Below, piece after piece: positions 12,217 to 23,300 of a DNA stretch of 64,000 nucleotides. The notes beneath the pieces are model-generated. The model was not told the origin of the DNA. It searched no databases and saw only the letters and a program-made list of their open reading frames with translations. The stretch comes from Chrysemys picta bellii (lineage: Eukaryota), in NCBI RefSeq assembly GCF_011386835.1, contig NC_088804.1, positions 16,058,001 through 16,122,000 on the forward strand, written 5' to 3'. The position numbers were made by a program, and so were the translations under genes. Position 1 is the first letter of the stretch. The number at the start of each line of letters is the position of its first letter.

Positions 12217-13914
12217 TTTTTTTAATGAGTATTTCTCTAAGATTTTTTCCACTATCTCTTCCTCTATCCCCTTTATATCTTTTGCTCAAACGTTTGTCTG
12301 TTTGTGAGATGGTACAATTCTAAACCAGTTCCTGTATAGCTAGTGAACTTTCTCTTAATTCTGTTTACTAGTTTTATGACAAATATAGTATCACAGCTAT
12401 AAATGTTGGTAGAAGGGTAGTCTTGCAGATCCAAAATGGTATTTAATTTCTTGGAAATTCATTAGAATGTCTCCACGATACAACTGACTTAAAGGTGGGT
12501 TTACCAAACTAGTTTCTTAGGATGAGTAAGTGTGGAGCATGATCAAACCATGTGATGTGTCTTTCAATTAATTGCATGAAAATGTATAATGGAAAGTGTA
12601 GATGAGTATATTTAGTGCAGGCAGGAGAAAAAAGGGTAAATTTTGTAATTCAGATGTAAAGTTCACCAGCTGTCTCTAAGACTTTATAAGTGAATTTAAG
12701 TAAAATAATTCTTTCAATAATCAACTTTTGGTTCTAGAGTACAATTAAAGTACCTGCCAATGACAAGTGCTCCTTCTTAAACTTGTGTAGAATATTAAAG
12801 AAGTTCAAGAAGAATTTGGACTGACCTTGATTAGGAACATATATGTTCCTCTTGATAAACACATTTCTCATTTAATTTCCTTTAAAAAGTAGATATCTTT
12901 TAAAATACATCTGTCTCCCTTTTCTTTCAATGATTTATATAGATTATATTCCATACCTGGGCACACATAAATAAATAGCACAACCACGCCCCTTATTTTT
13001 AACTGATGCTGAAGAAAAACATGCATGACAAAACCAACTGACTCTAAGAGAAGCATCTTGTCCCACTTTAAAATGTGCCTCTTTCAAGAAGGGGCTACAT
13101 TTGGGCTACATTTCCTTAATTTCAGTTAAAGCCTTTACAACATTATTGAGACCCTTAACATTAATCCAAGTAACCATAATCAAATTAGCCATTCCAGTAA
13201 TTTGTTTTCTTGAATAAGTTAATTTTCACATTAGTTTCTAATTTTTGTTGTTGTTTTGTTTTCAGCTCTAAGCTCAGTCCTGTTTCCACTGTGGTCCTTA
13301 TCCCACAAAAACTATATGCTGGTATGGCAGAGTGCTGTACATAAAACAGTATGTAGACAATAGCAACAGGATATTCACTCTGGCAAAAAGTAATTTTATA
13401 CTTTATTACATTATAGACAGGTTAATTTTGAAGTTGTATGGAACAGCATTTTAAAGAATTAGGAACCTTTTTACTATAAGATACCAGTACCAGTGTCGGT
13501 CTGTACTCCAAAGAAAGTAAATAACTTGAAATAATAATTTTCTGCCCTAACACGGTTACAAATGTCAGATGTGAGTTGAGATGATGAAATAATTCAGACA
13601 AATAAAAACAAACGTGATCCTTCCACTCAAAAATTAAAATAAATATTTTTAGAAGTTTGAAAACAATCAATAGTTTCATGATTTTTTTGTTTTGTTTTGT
13701 TTTATCCAGTTTCACAAACGTCTGCACTTCCTGATTTTTGGCAAGGGACCATAAGAAATGGGATTTCCACTAACCCCATACATCTCTTTTGCCTCTGAAG
13801 TGACTGCAGTATCACAATATTGTGTATTTTTAAGTAAAGTGTTATAATAATAACAACACTGGGCTCTTGTATGGCCTTTTTCATTCATAGATTTCAATTG
13901 GATTGTAAGTATCA

Positions 13915-14030
13915 TTAGTCCCAATTTACAGATGTGGTAAAGTGAGGTTAAGTGACTTGTTCAAGATCAAACTGTAGACTAGCAACAAACCCATGCTTAG
14001 AACCCACCTGTTCTGGCTCCTGGGCCACTC
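13915..14030 (-). mobile_element. MIR-like (CORE) SINE fragment
   Basis: cccaatttacagatgtggtaaagtgaggttaagtgacttgttcaagatca is the reverse complement of the MIR core. Confidence 0.65.
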
Positions 14031-14414
14031 TGCCTCCATAATAAAATACCATGTTTACTGCAGCAACCCTGGGCGGTGAATGTTGAGTGTTTAATGGTGC
14101 CCACGGTACCTGGGACAATTGTGTTGAGCAGAAGCATAGGTATCAATGAATATCTGATTTAAATTCATGTTAATGGTAAAAGTGGTCTCTTATCAGACTC
14201 ATTGTTTAGGAAGGAGGGAGTCTACTTCCTGTCATCAGTTTCATTTAGAGGTGCCAGCTGACCCTAAGATCTGATGAGAAAGTGACGTGGCCATGATTAA
14301 GATAAACTGTGATGAATTAAAATGCTGTTAATCATATCAACTCAAAAGTCAGCACTATAACTGTTATTTCATAGGATGAATCAAAATATTATTGATTCTC
14401 AGCTGTTGTTCTGG

Positions 14415-14945
14415 TAAGATTGCCATCTGGCTGGTTTGTAACCGGCCTGGCTGGGGAAGAAGTGCCAGGTTTTTTTTGCCCTTTTCCTGCTCCCCCACCC
14501 TGAGAGTGAAGGGGAATAAATGCTCAGCAGAGACTTCCCATGGGCTTATCCTTTTCAGAGCTGAGTCTCCCTTGGAGGACTGGGCTGCCTTTCCCTCCTT
14601 CCCAGCATGCTCCGTGATCAGCCAGATTCTGTAGCCTCTGCCTCAGTAAGAGGAATGGGGGCGGGGAGTTGATTGTGGGGCCACCTTCCCTGCTGGCTGC
14701 TTGTGTATTTGACAGGGGACCAGAGCCACCTTCATCCTTGGTTGGACACTGGCTGGACTCAGAGTGCAGCAAGGCCTTGAAGCACCCCCCAGCTTCCCCG
14801 ACCTGCATAGACATCTGCATGAGGAGGGCAGAAAGGGGTCAGGCTGATGGTGATAGGACACCTAAGAGCGGATGAGGAGTGTCAGGCTGGTGGTGGAGGG
14901 GAGGCCAGTAGCCAGTTTTTCTGCATCTTGGAGGTGGCAACCTTA
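14415..14945. mobile_element. Non-autonomous hAT element with 8-bp TSD
   Basis: TIRs taagattgccatct (14415) and ggaggtggcaacctta (ends 14945); flanks tgttctgg (14407-14414) / tgttcttg (14946-14953) match 7/8. Confidence 0.75.
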
Positions 14946-15664
14946 TGTTCTTGGTAAGTAGATTATAGGTCTGATCCAAAGCCCATTGCAATCAACAGGA
15001 AGGAGTCTTTCCACTGACCTCAGTGGACTTAGGCCCTAACCAGGTTAGTTAGTAGCTCATCTTGCTACTGTTCTTCTCTTGCCCTTTTTTACGTATCATA
15101 CTCCCTGTTCCTCTCTTGTTGCTCTGTGAATGGTTTGATGGTTGATGGGATTGTGGTACCCTCCCTTGAAGGACAACATCAGAGCTCTGAGCTTCTTCCA
15201 AGGAGGATGGAGAATCAGAGGTAAGTCAGTCTAACAGTAGCCTCTCTAACAGCCCAAAACAATGGATAACAACACCTGTCATTTGATGGGGGATATCAAT
15301 CTTTTGTAACTCTGTCCCATATCATGAGAGTGAGGCAAAGAAATAATCTCTTAACAACACTCCTGTGTGTCACACCCTTATTACAGTCAAAACCTCTCTC
15401 TCTGACGTATTTCTTCTCCCCTTCCTCTTCACTTTCCTCATCCTCTTTTCCTCATCCTCTTTTCCCCGTCCTAATTTTTCCTCTTTTTTTCTCTCCCCTC
15501 TCCCAGTGTGTTGATTGTAACATCAGACAGAAATCACCAATAGAATGGTTCACTCAAGTTGCTGTATTTGCACTGTACTGTATTGAAGTTCTGATTACTG
15601 AGGTTGTAAACATGTAAATGTTAGACGGATGGCATGGTCTCCTCTATTGGATTGTGCATAGGGT

Positions 15665-15785
15665 AGAACTCGGAACTCCTGAGGTATACTATAATCCTGG
15701 CTCCGCTATTAACTCATTGTGGCCTTGGTTAAGTCACCTTAACCTCTCTGTGTCGCAATTTCTTTGATTGAAAAAGAAGGATAAT
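15665..15785 (+). mobile_element. MIR-like SINE fragment
   Basis: aatcctggctccgctattaactcattgtggccttggttaagtcaccttaacctctctgtg matches the MIR core. Confidence 0.6.
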
Positions 15786-15804
15786 GCGCGCATCCCACAG
15801 TATT

Positions 15805-15950
15805 GTATCCATTTTACAAAAGGAGAAACTGAGGTGCAGAGGTTAAATGACTTGTAGAAAGTCTCACAGAGAATAATAAAAAGGTCTCCGGATAGAGCCT
15901 ATGAACAGTCCTGATTTTCTGCGATCTGCTCTGACACTAGACACACTGCT
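15805..15950 (-). mobile_element. MIR-like SINE fragment, inverted relative to the previous copy
   Basis: ccattttacaaaaggagaaactgaggtgcagaggttaaatgacttg is the reverse-complement MIR core. Confidence 0.6.
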
Positions 15951-16919
15951 TCCCCACGTCTACTACTGCATGGAAAACATACTTGCCAGGGATGTAACAA
16001 AACCAACTGGACTTGGAACATGAGGGTTTACAGATTTAAGTTGAAGATACTGTTTTTGAGGTGGAAATGAATTTATATATGCATATTTATTACTGATTCA
16101 TTTAAATACATTTTCTGTGCTTGCCATAGACCAGGAGTCTGAGTGTTCTTTGTGGCTAATTGATCTGTGATGAGGATGATTTGGAAAAAGTTTAGCTGAG
16201 GATGGAACAGAGTCATATTTTATGTGATACCTCCAGACTTAGTAATTGTTGGCACTACTAGACGAAGATTATACTACCACCAAAAGGGTACATTTTAAAA
16301 AGTTTCTTCAAATTCAGGGCTGCCTGGTACAAAGAAAATCCTTGGCGAGAGTATTCCATTTGCTGCAGAAAGATGCTTGCTTTATTACACCATGAAAAGA
16401 ATAGAACACACACTTAAAATGACCAATACTTCATAAATACAACTGCTCTGAAAGGAAAAAAAAAAGTAGAATTCCAAAGCCATGGTTCTGTTAGAGGATA
16501 TGAAAGTGAATAACCAAAGTGAAATTTACTGGGCCCCCTTAAATATATAAAATGATAGAAACGCTCTGGACCACATTATGTCCTTAGATAAACCAATGAG
16601 ATCAATATGGCTTGGCTGTGTATGTGGCCATTAAAAGTGTAGCAGGAATTATTTGATTTATCTCATAAAGTGAATGAACTTGAAGAGATGTTGAGAAAAT
16701 AAACCCCTTACATACCTGTTTTATTTTCAAAATTGTTAAATTCTTTATGGAACAATATCTCTATGGAACAATATCATACAAAAAGTAATGCTTGTTCTAA
16801 AAGAAAGGTAATAAGCATGCATCCTAGTTTCCATTCCTTTCACCTTAAAATGGTCCTTTGCTCTCACTTGATCAATTGCAACTGTCACTAGAAATTCATA
16901 CCTACATCCTGTGACTAAC

Positions 16920-17155
16920 TAGAGATGGTCGAAAACTGGAATTTTTATTCTGTGCAAAAAGCCATATTTTCTAAATTTCCCGTGAAACAAAATCTTTGAA
17001 CATTTTTTTCTTTCAGGTTAATTGAAATGTTTTATTTCAATAAAATCAAAATATTTTGTTACAATATTTTTAAAAAGTGAAAATTGCATTATAATTTATA
17101 AATAAAATTTAGTTGAAGCAGACCTGTTCCATTGGAAAATTTTCGGTCAACTCTA
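16920..17155. mobile_element. AT-rich hAT-like MITE
   Basis: Imperfect TIRs tagagatggtcgaaaa / ttttcggtcaactcta; no TSD recognisable. Confidence 0.5.
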
Positions 17156-17729
17156 GCGAAAAACAATTAGATTCCTGGGGACAAATCATGCTCACCTTAG
17201 TTATGCAAGTCCCATTGTATTCAGTGGAAATATGCCTATACATTGACTTAATAAAAACTGTATAAAAACAGAATAAGGCACTCAGATTTCTGATAGTCTC
17301 TCAGAAAAACTGCTTGTCATAAATAATGTGTGGAGTCACAGCTAAGAAGCAACTTTTCCTACCTTGCATAAATGTCTTCCAGGAGCATAGCCTCCAAGTG
17401 AATAGACAGATTTTGGTGCTTGCACTTGTTAAGCCTCATACAAAATTCTTCTCTCCTCTAGAAATGCCATCCCTGTCTTCCTATCATTTTTCTGTCAATG
17501 TTGTTTGTGGATGAGATCTCCAATAAAATTTTACATTCTGAAGGGTTGTATAAATTCTGGAATAGGCTCTGCACTTCTGCTATTTTTTTCATTTTGCAAA
17601 TGACTTATTTGTCTCATGAGTGTAAATATTTTTGCTACATGGTAAATATTTTTGCATCAGTGCACTGTATACACACCATACACATTTCAACCATTTTTTG
17701 CTTCCAGCATCAAGTATATAAAGCCGTGA

Positions 17730-18572
17730 GCAAGCGACCAGGGGCCGCTTTGTGAACAGGGGCCGCTAACAGGGAGTTTTGAGAGGGAGTTTGGAAGGGA
17801 GGCGAGATACACTTGCCATTCTTTAAAACCTTTAAACTAAACTATAATCACAACTTCTTGATTTAAACAAAAACCCTGTCAGTAACCTAGGCAGCTATAG
17901 GAGAGAATGCAGGCAGAAGCCCAGCAGCAGAGTGGGGGCTATCCTGTGTATTGCACTCAGTGTAGCATGTATGATTACCTGCCCTGTAGGTGGGTGGCGT
18001 ATGTGTGCATTCGGTGCAAGGAGCTCCTGCCCTAGGAGACCGCGTACGGACTTTGGAGGCCAGGGTGGCAGAACTGGAGGAGCTAAGGGAGGCAGAGAGG
18101 TATGTTGATGAGGCTTTCTGAGACACTGTAGATTTGTCCCACCTCTGATCAGACAGCCCCTGCGCTGTTAAGGAGAATGAAAGGCTCAGGGAAGGAGAGC
18201 AGTCAATGGGAGCAGAGGGAAACCTTCCAATAGTTGGGACCCTCCTTCCAGATGATGATGGGGTATCCTCTCGCACTGAGGTTACCTCTCTAGGGGAGGG
18301 AACTCCAGTCATTAGGAAAAGGCAGGTGTTAGTAATGGGAGAATAAGATTGTCAGATACGTAGAACATAAATTGTTGGGCAAAAGTCAACATGGTTTCTG
18401 TAAAGGGAAATCATGTCTTACTAATCTATTAGAGTTCTGTGAAGGGGTCAACAAACATGTGGATAAGGGGGATCCAGTGGACATAGATTTCTAGAAAGCC
18501 TTTGACAAGGTCCCTCACCAAAGGCTCTTATGTAAATTAAGTTGTCATGGGATAAGAGGGAAGATCCTTTCA
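17730..18572 (+). mobile_element. CR1 LINE 5' part: 5'UTR, ORF1 N-terminus, then a deletion junction into the ORF2 RT domain
   Basis: ATG 17907 gives MQAEAQQQSGGYPVYCTQCSMYDYLPCRWVAYVCIRCKELL (CxxC..CxxC), then a coiled-coil and ...RKRQVLVMG (start of the SGNH esterase), with a frameshift and two TGA stops. At ~18340 it jumps to RT (KSQHGFCKGKSCLTNLLEF...KAFDKVPHQRL). Confidence 0.9.
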
Positions 18573-18573
18573 C

Positions 18574-19026
18574 AAAACCACTAACCCAGGAACCTATCCT
18601 TGTAACAAACCCCGATGCCAACTCTGTCCACATATCTATTCCAGTGACATCATCATAGGACCTAATCACATCAGCCATACCATCAGGGGCTCGTTCACCT
18701 GCACATCTACCAATGTGATATATGCCATCATGTGCCAGCAATGCCCCTCTGCCATGTACATTGGCCAAACCGGACAGTCTCTACGCAAAAGAATTAATGG
18801 ACACAAATCTGACATCAGGAATCAAAATACTCAAAAACCAGTGGGAGAACACTTTAACCTGTCTGGTCATTCAGTGACAGACCTGCGGGTGGCTATATTA
18901 CAACAGAAAAACTTCAAAAACAGACTCCAACGAGAAACTGCTGAGCTAGAATTGATATGCAAACTAGACACAATCAACTCCGGTTTGAATAAGGACTGGG
19001 AATGGCTGAGCCATTACAAACATTGA
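18574..19026 (+). CDS. Penelope-like element C-terminal ORF fragment: Cys linker plus GIY-YIG endonuclease (150 uninterrupted codons, no native start)
   Basis: KTTNPGTYPCNKPRCQLCPHIY...NVIYAIMCQQCPSAMYIGQTGQSLRKRINGH...RETAELELICKLDTINSGLN...; shows VIY/YIG motifs, conserved R, E and N, and CxxxxCxxC. TE-derived, not a host gene. Confidence 0.85.
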   Translation, partial: KTTNPGTYPCNKPRCQLCPHIYSSDIIIGPNHISHTIRGSFTCTSTNVIYAIMCQQCPSAMYIGQTGQSLRKRINGHKSDIRNQNTQKPVGEHFNLSGHSVTDLRVAILQQKNFKNRLQRETAELELICKLDTINSGLNKDWEWLSHYKH

Positions 19027-19219
19027 ATCTATCTCCCCTTGTAAGTATTCTCACACTTGTTATCTAACTGTCTGTACTGGGCTAGCTTGATTATCACTTC
19101 AAACGTTTTTTTTCTCTTAATTAATTGGCCTCTCAGAGGTGGTAAGACAACTCCCACCTGTTTATGCTCTCTGTATGTGTGTGTATATATATCTCCTCAA
19201 TATATGTTCCATTCTATAT

Positions 19220-19259
19220 GCATCCGAAGAAGTGGGCTGTAGTCCACGAAAGCTTATGC
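19220..19259 (+). ncRNA. Minimal type I hammerhead ribozyme motif in the Penelope terminal repeat
   Basis: Helix I GCAU/AUGC; core CCGAAGA (U4C variant) plus an extra A; helix II GUGGGC-UGUA-GUCCAC; GAAA; palindromic AGCU helix III; predicted cleavage after CUU (19255). Fits the dimer-dependent HHRs described for PLEs. Confidence 0.7.
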
Positions 19260-19347
19260 TCTAATAAATTTGTTAGTCTCTAAGGTGCCACAAGTCCTCC
19301 TGTTCTTCTTTTTGCGGATACAGACTAACACGGCTGCTACTCTGAAA

Positions 19348-20541
19348 CCTTTCATGGATTGAGAACTGGTTAAAAGACAGGGAACAAAGGGTAGGAATAA
19401 ATGGTAAATTTTCAGAATGGAGAAGGGTAACTAGTGGTGTTTCCCAAGGGTCAGTCCTAGGACCAATCCTATTAAACTTATTCGTAAATGATCGGGAGAT
19501 GGGGTAAACAGTGAGGTGGCAAAGTTTGCAGATGATACTAAATGGCTCAAGGTAGTTAAGACCAAAGCAGACTGTGAAGAACTTCAAAAAGATCTCACAC
19601 AACTAAGTGATTGAGCAACAAAATGGCAAACTAAATTTAATGTGGATAAATGTAAAGTAATGCACATTGGAAAAAATAACCCCAACTATACATACAATAT
19701 GATGGGGGCTAATTTAGCTACAACTAATCAGGAACGAGATCTTGGAGTCATCGTGGATAGTTCTCTGAAGACGTTCACGCAGTGTGCAGCGGCAGTCAAA
19801 AAAGCAAACCGAATGTTAGGAATCATTAAAAAGGGGACAGAGAATAAGATGGAGAATATCTTATTGCCCTTATATAAATCCATGGTACGCCCGCATCTTG
19901 AATACTGCATACAGATGTGGTCTCCGCATCTCAAAAAAGATATACTGTATTGGCATTAGAAAAGATTCAGAGAAGGGCAACTAAAATGATTAGGGGTTTG
20001 GAACGGGTCCCATATGAGGTTAAAGAGGCTAGAAGTTTTCAACTTGGAAAAGAGGAGAATAAGAGGGGATATGATAGAGGTATATAAAATCATGAGTGGT
20101 GTGGAGAAAGTGAATAAGGAAAAGTTATTTACTTGTTCCCATAATATAAGAACTAGGGGCCGCCAAATGAAATTAATGGGCAGCAGGTTTAAAACAAATA
20201 AAAGGAAGTTCTTCTTCACACAGCACACAGTCAACCTGTGGAACTCCTTGCTTGAGGAGGTTGCGAAGGCTAGGACTATAATAGGGTTTAAAAGAGAACT
20301 AGATAAATTCACGGAGGTTAAGTCCATTAATGGCTATTAGCCAGGATGGGTAAGGAATGGTGTCCCTAGCCTCTGTTTGTCGGTGGGTGGAGATGGATGG
20401 CAGGAGAGAGATCACTTGATCATTACCTATTAGGTTCACTCCCTCTGGGATACTTGGCATTGGTCACTGTCAGTAGACTGGGTACTGGGCTGGATGGACC
20501 TTTGGTCTGACCCAGTATGGCCAGTCTTATGTTCTTATGTT
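19348..20541 (+). mobile_element. CR1 LINE 3' part: RT domain C-terminus and 3'UTR
   Basis: WIENWLKDREQRVGING...SGVSQGSVLGPIL; KFADDTK at 19522-19542; KCKVMHIG; [15 protein letters not shown]; stop at 20340; 3'UTR ending in (ttcttatg)n-type octamer repeats; several frameshifts. Confidence 0.95.
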
Positions 20542-21130
20542 ACACTGTTAATTTTGATTCTTTGGAGGTTTGAAGTAGGTAGACACTGACTGAACCTGAA
20601 GCTGATTACAGTATTTTTTTTTATATTATATATTTTTTGCCTCATGCCATGCCTCTCTGTGATCAGCGTACAATAAGGTGCAGGGATCTCAGCACTGGAG
20701 TCTTTCAACTGGGAGGTTGCAGTGGCTCAAGGCAACCATTACCTCCCCTCTCCTGGGATGTCTGCAGTCAACATGTTGATGGCTCTGGCTGAAGAGAGTC
20801 TATGGAAAGTTTGTTGGGGTGATGTGCTGATTCCCACGGTATCCCAGATGGAGCTTAAAGGTTTTCCTCTTACGTCGACTCTATGAGAAGGAATCATGGG
20901 TGCTGTCATTTGGATTTCCCTGTGCTAGCAGGAGTGAATCGAGCCACAGGATGTAACAAATATTAAAATGGTAAGAGCACGATTGCGACAATATTCCCTT
21001 TTTAAAATCCCGTGTGTCTTTCAGGTATCTGCAAAAATTAATTTAGGACACATCATGATTGGTGCTGGTCATGTCATTTACAGTTTACAGCCCAATCTGC
21101 CTATACAATACAAAATTGAACATCTTCTTA

Positions 21131-21151
21131 CACACGCACGTGCACACACAC

Positions 21152-21190
<39 letters not shown>
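21131..21190. repeat. Compound (CA)n/(TA)n microsatellite
   Basis: Directly visible. Confidence 0.95.
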
Positions 21191-21192
<2 letters not shown>

Positions 21193-22106
21193 ACCTGCCT
21201 ACATTTGGTTATGAAATGATATAATGGGGAGGATTGTCAGTTTGGACTGTGCAAGAGATTTTAATTGGTGGACTAGGGTTCTGGTTGTATGGGTATCTCT
21301 TATAATTGTGCCATTCAGGACTCAGCCACATAGATGTCTCTCCCTCATTTCCTCAGACCCATGAAAGTGCAAGAAAATTGTACATATCTAAATTTTCTTG
21401 TAAGTTAGGAGATTTAGACACTAGCCTGTTGGACCCTAAAGTCTGCAGCTGCCTCTTTCTGTGGAGCCTTTCAAAATGAACATGTTTTAAAAATTATCTA
21501 GGCACTTCTTTGTATAACATATATTTTGTGCTGAAATCCTTTGTTTATTTTAAATGGTATTAAAAGCCTTATGAACACAATACCATTTCAAGAACTGCAA
21601 CGTGTATAGGAATATTCTCTCTTCTCAAGAGGATGAGGACCTTTGGACACACATCTGGCCAGTTTCTACTGGTGGTGGGTTTTTAAGGATTTGCAGTTGG
21701 GTGTTAGGGTGGACCTACGCTCAAAGATAGGCTGCCTCGGCTTCCTAACTGCTGGAAGTTAGGAGAGGAGGGGCAGCCTTCTTTTGGATCCACAGACCCA
21801 TCTTTTCTCTGTCCTGGCTCCTTCACAGTCTGGGGTCACAAGCACCCTTTATTTTTCTGTCATCTGGTTTTATGAAGGGTAAAATGAGCAGATGTATAAG
21901 ACATGTCCCCTCCTACAACAACTGTACAGAAATATGAATGCTACCATACAGGGTCTTGTTTAAAAGTTCTGTGGCTAACATTTTTGGGATACAAAAGCCT
22001 CCATAGATCTCTATTGTGACAGCAGATCCAATAATGTGGTGACTATGGTTGAGTAAACATATTTGGATTACTGTTCTCCCTTTCACATTGGCTTCCAAAG
22101 AATTTG

Positions 22107-22135
22107 AGAGAGAGAGAGAGAGAGAGTGAGAGAGC
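22107..22135. repeat. (GA)n microsatellite
   Basis: Directly visible. Confidence 0.9.
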
Positions 22136-22744
22136 TAGCTAGCTTTTGTGGGCAGGCTATTATGTTTTAAAGCCTTAGTGTGATATTATGCTAGCAGAAT
22201 CTTTTTCTTTCTTCTACTTCCAGGTTCAGCTAGCAAGATATCACTATGAATCAATAAAGTACATTACAAAATAAGCTGCAATTTAAAAAAATGCAGTGGT
22301 GGAAGTTACTCACCTACAATCTTTCAAGAAAATAGGACAGGAATTGAAAGGTCCGGTTACATCCAGTTATTGGAATACCTTTTGAATACAAAAGAAGACC
22401 AAAAATAAGTAAGAAGGAAAGAAAGTTTGTCAAATGAAAACAAACTAAAGGAAATAGTATGGAAAATTATTAGAATTTTTTCAAGTGAATAATGGTCTTG
22501 TGTCTCTAGATACAAGATATGGAAAGTGTTGAGGAGGAAGGAAAGAAGGAGTAGATCTTGCTAGGGAAACTGCAGTCTGCTCTGGGAGTCCTAGAGTGGT
22601 GGATGAATACAAGGCAACTAAAAACAAGGGGGGAAACGGAGGAGCAGGAAGGACTCAAGAAGACATGGGCATGTGGATTAAGGGAAACTGAGGAATATAT
22701 GTGGGGAAAGGGGAGAATCGATCAGAGCAATGGGGAGGGGTAGG

Positions 22745-23300
22745 CATGTGTGTATATATGTACAAACTGTTCACTATGTGTGTGTATGCATGCATTGTAC
22801 ACTTTGCATGAACTTTGCATTATAATGTTTACCTTAAGTAGGTTATGTACACTTGCATGTGTAGCTGTGTGTCCAGTCTGCATGCACTTTGCTTCATGTG
22901 TGCATTTATGTGTTCACAGTATGCACATTGGGCACTGTTTGTGTGCGCATTGTTAATATTTTAAGCATTTATATAACACTTCAACTATAGCTTTAAGCCC
23001 TGTGCATTGTATTTGTGACTGTGCGTGCACATGGGGTATGTGCTGTACCCTCTATATGTGACTGTGTGCAAGCACTGGGCTTTCACTCCACACTTGGTAT
23101 TGGATGGGGTAAGTGCACGCACTGTATTCTGTGAGCAGGGGGTGTGTATAGCTGTGCAAACATTGTGTGGCACTGCCTAGGCACTCCAGGGATGGATGTG
23201 CAGTGTCCTCTGTGCACTTTTTGGCTGGGTCTCCGCTCTGTATGTAGCTGTGGGTGTGCAGGTGTCTGTGCAGCCTGTTGACCCTGTCCATGCTCACCGA
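22745..23300. repeat. Low-complexity TG/CA-rich degenerate repeat upstream of the CpG island
   Basis: Recurrent tgtgtg/tgca/gcac units with few CpGs. Confidence 0.7.

Larger units (their letters stand above)
18573..19347 (+). mobile_element. 5'-truncated Penelope-like element (Neptune-type) inserted into the CR1
   Basis: GIY-YIG ORF followed by the typical turtle PLE terminal repeat (...cacgaaagcttatgctctaataaatttgttagtctctaaggtgccacaag...cagactaacacggctgctactctgaaac); cctttca is duplicated at 18566-18572 and 19348-19354, and the CR1 RT resumes directly after it. Confidence 0.92.
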
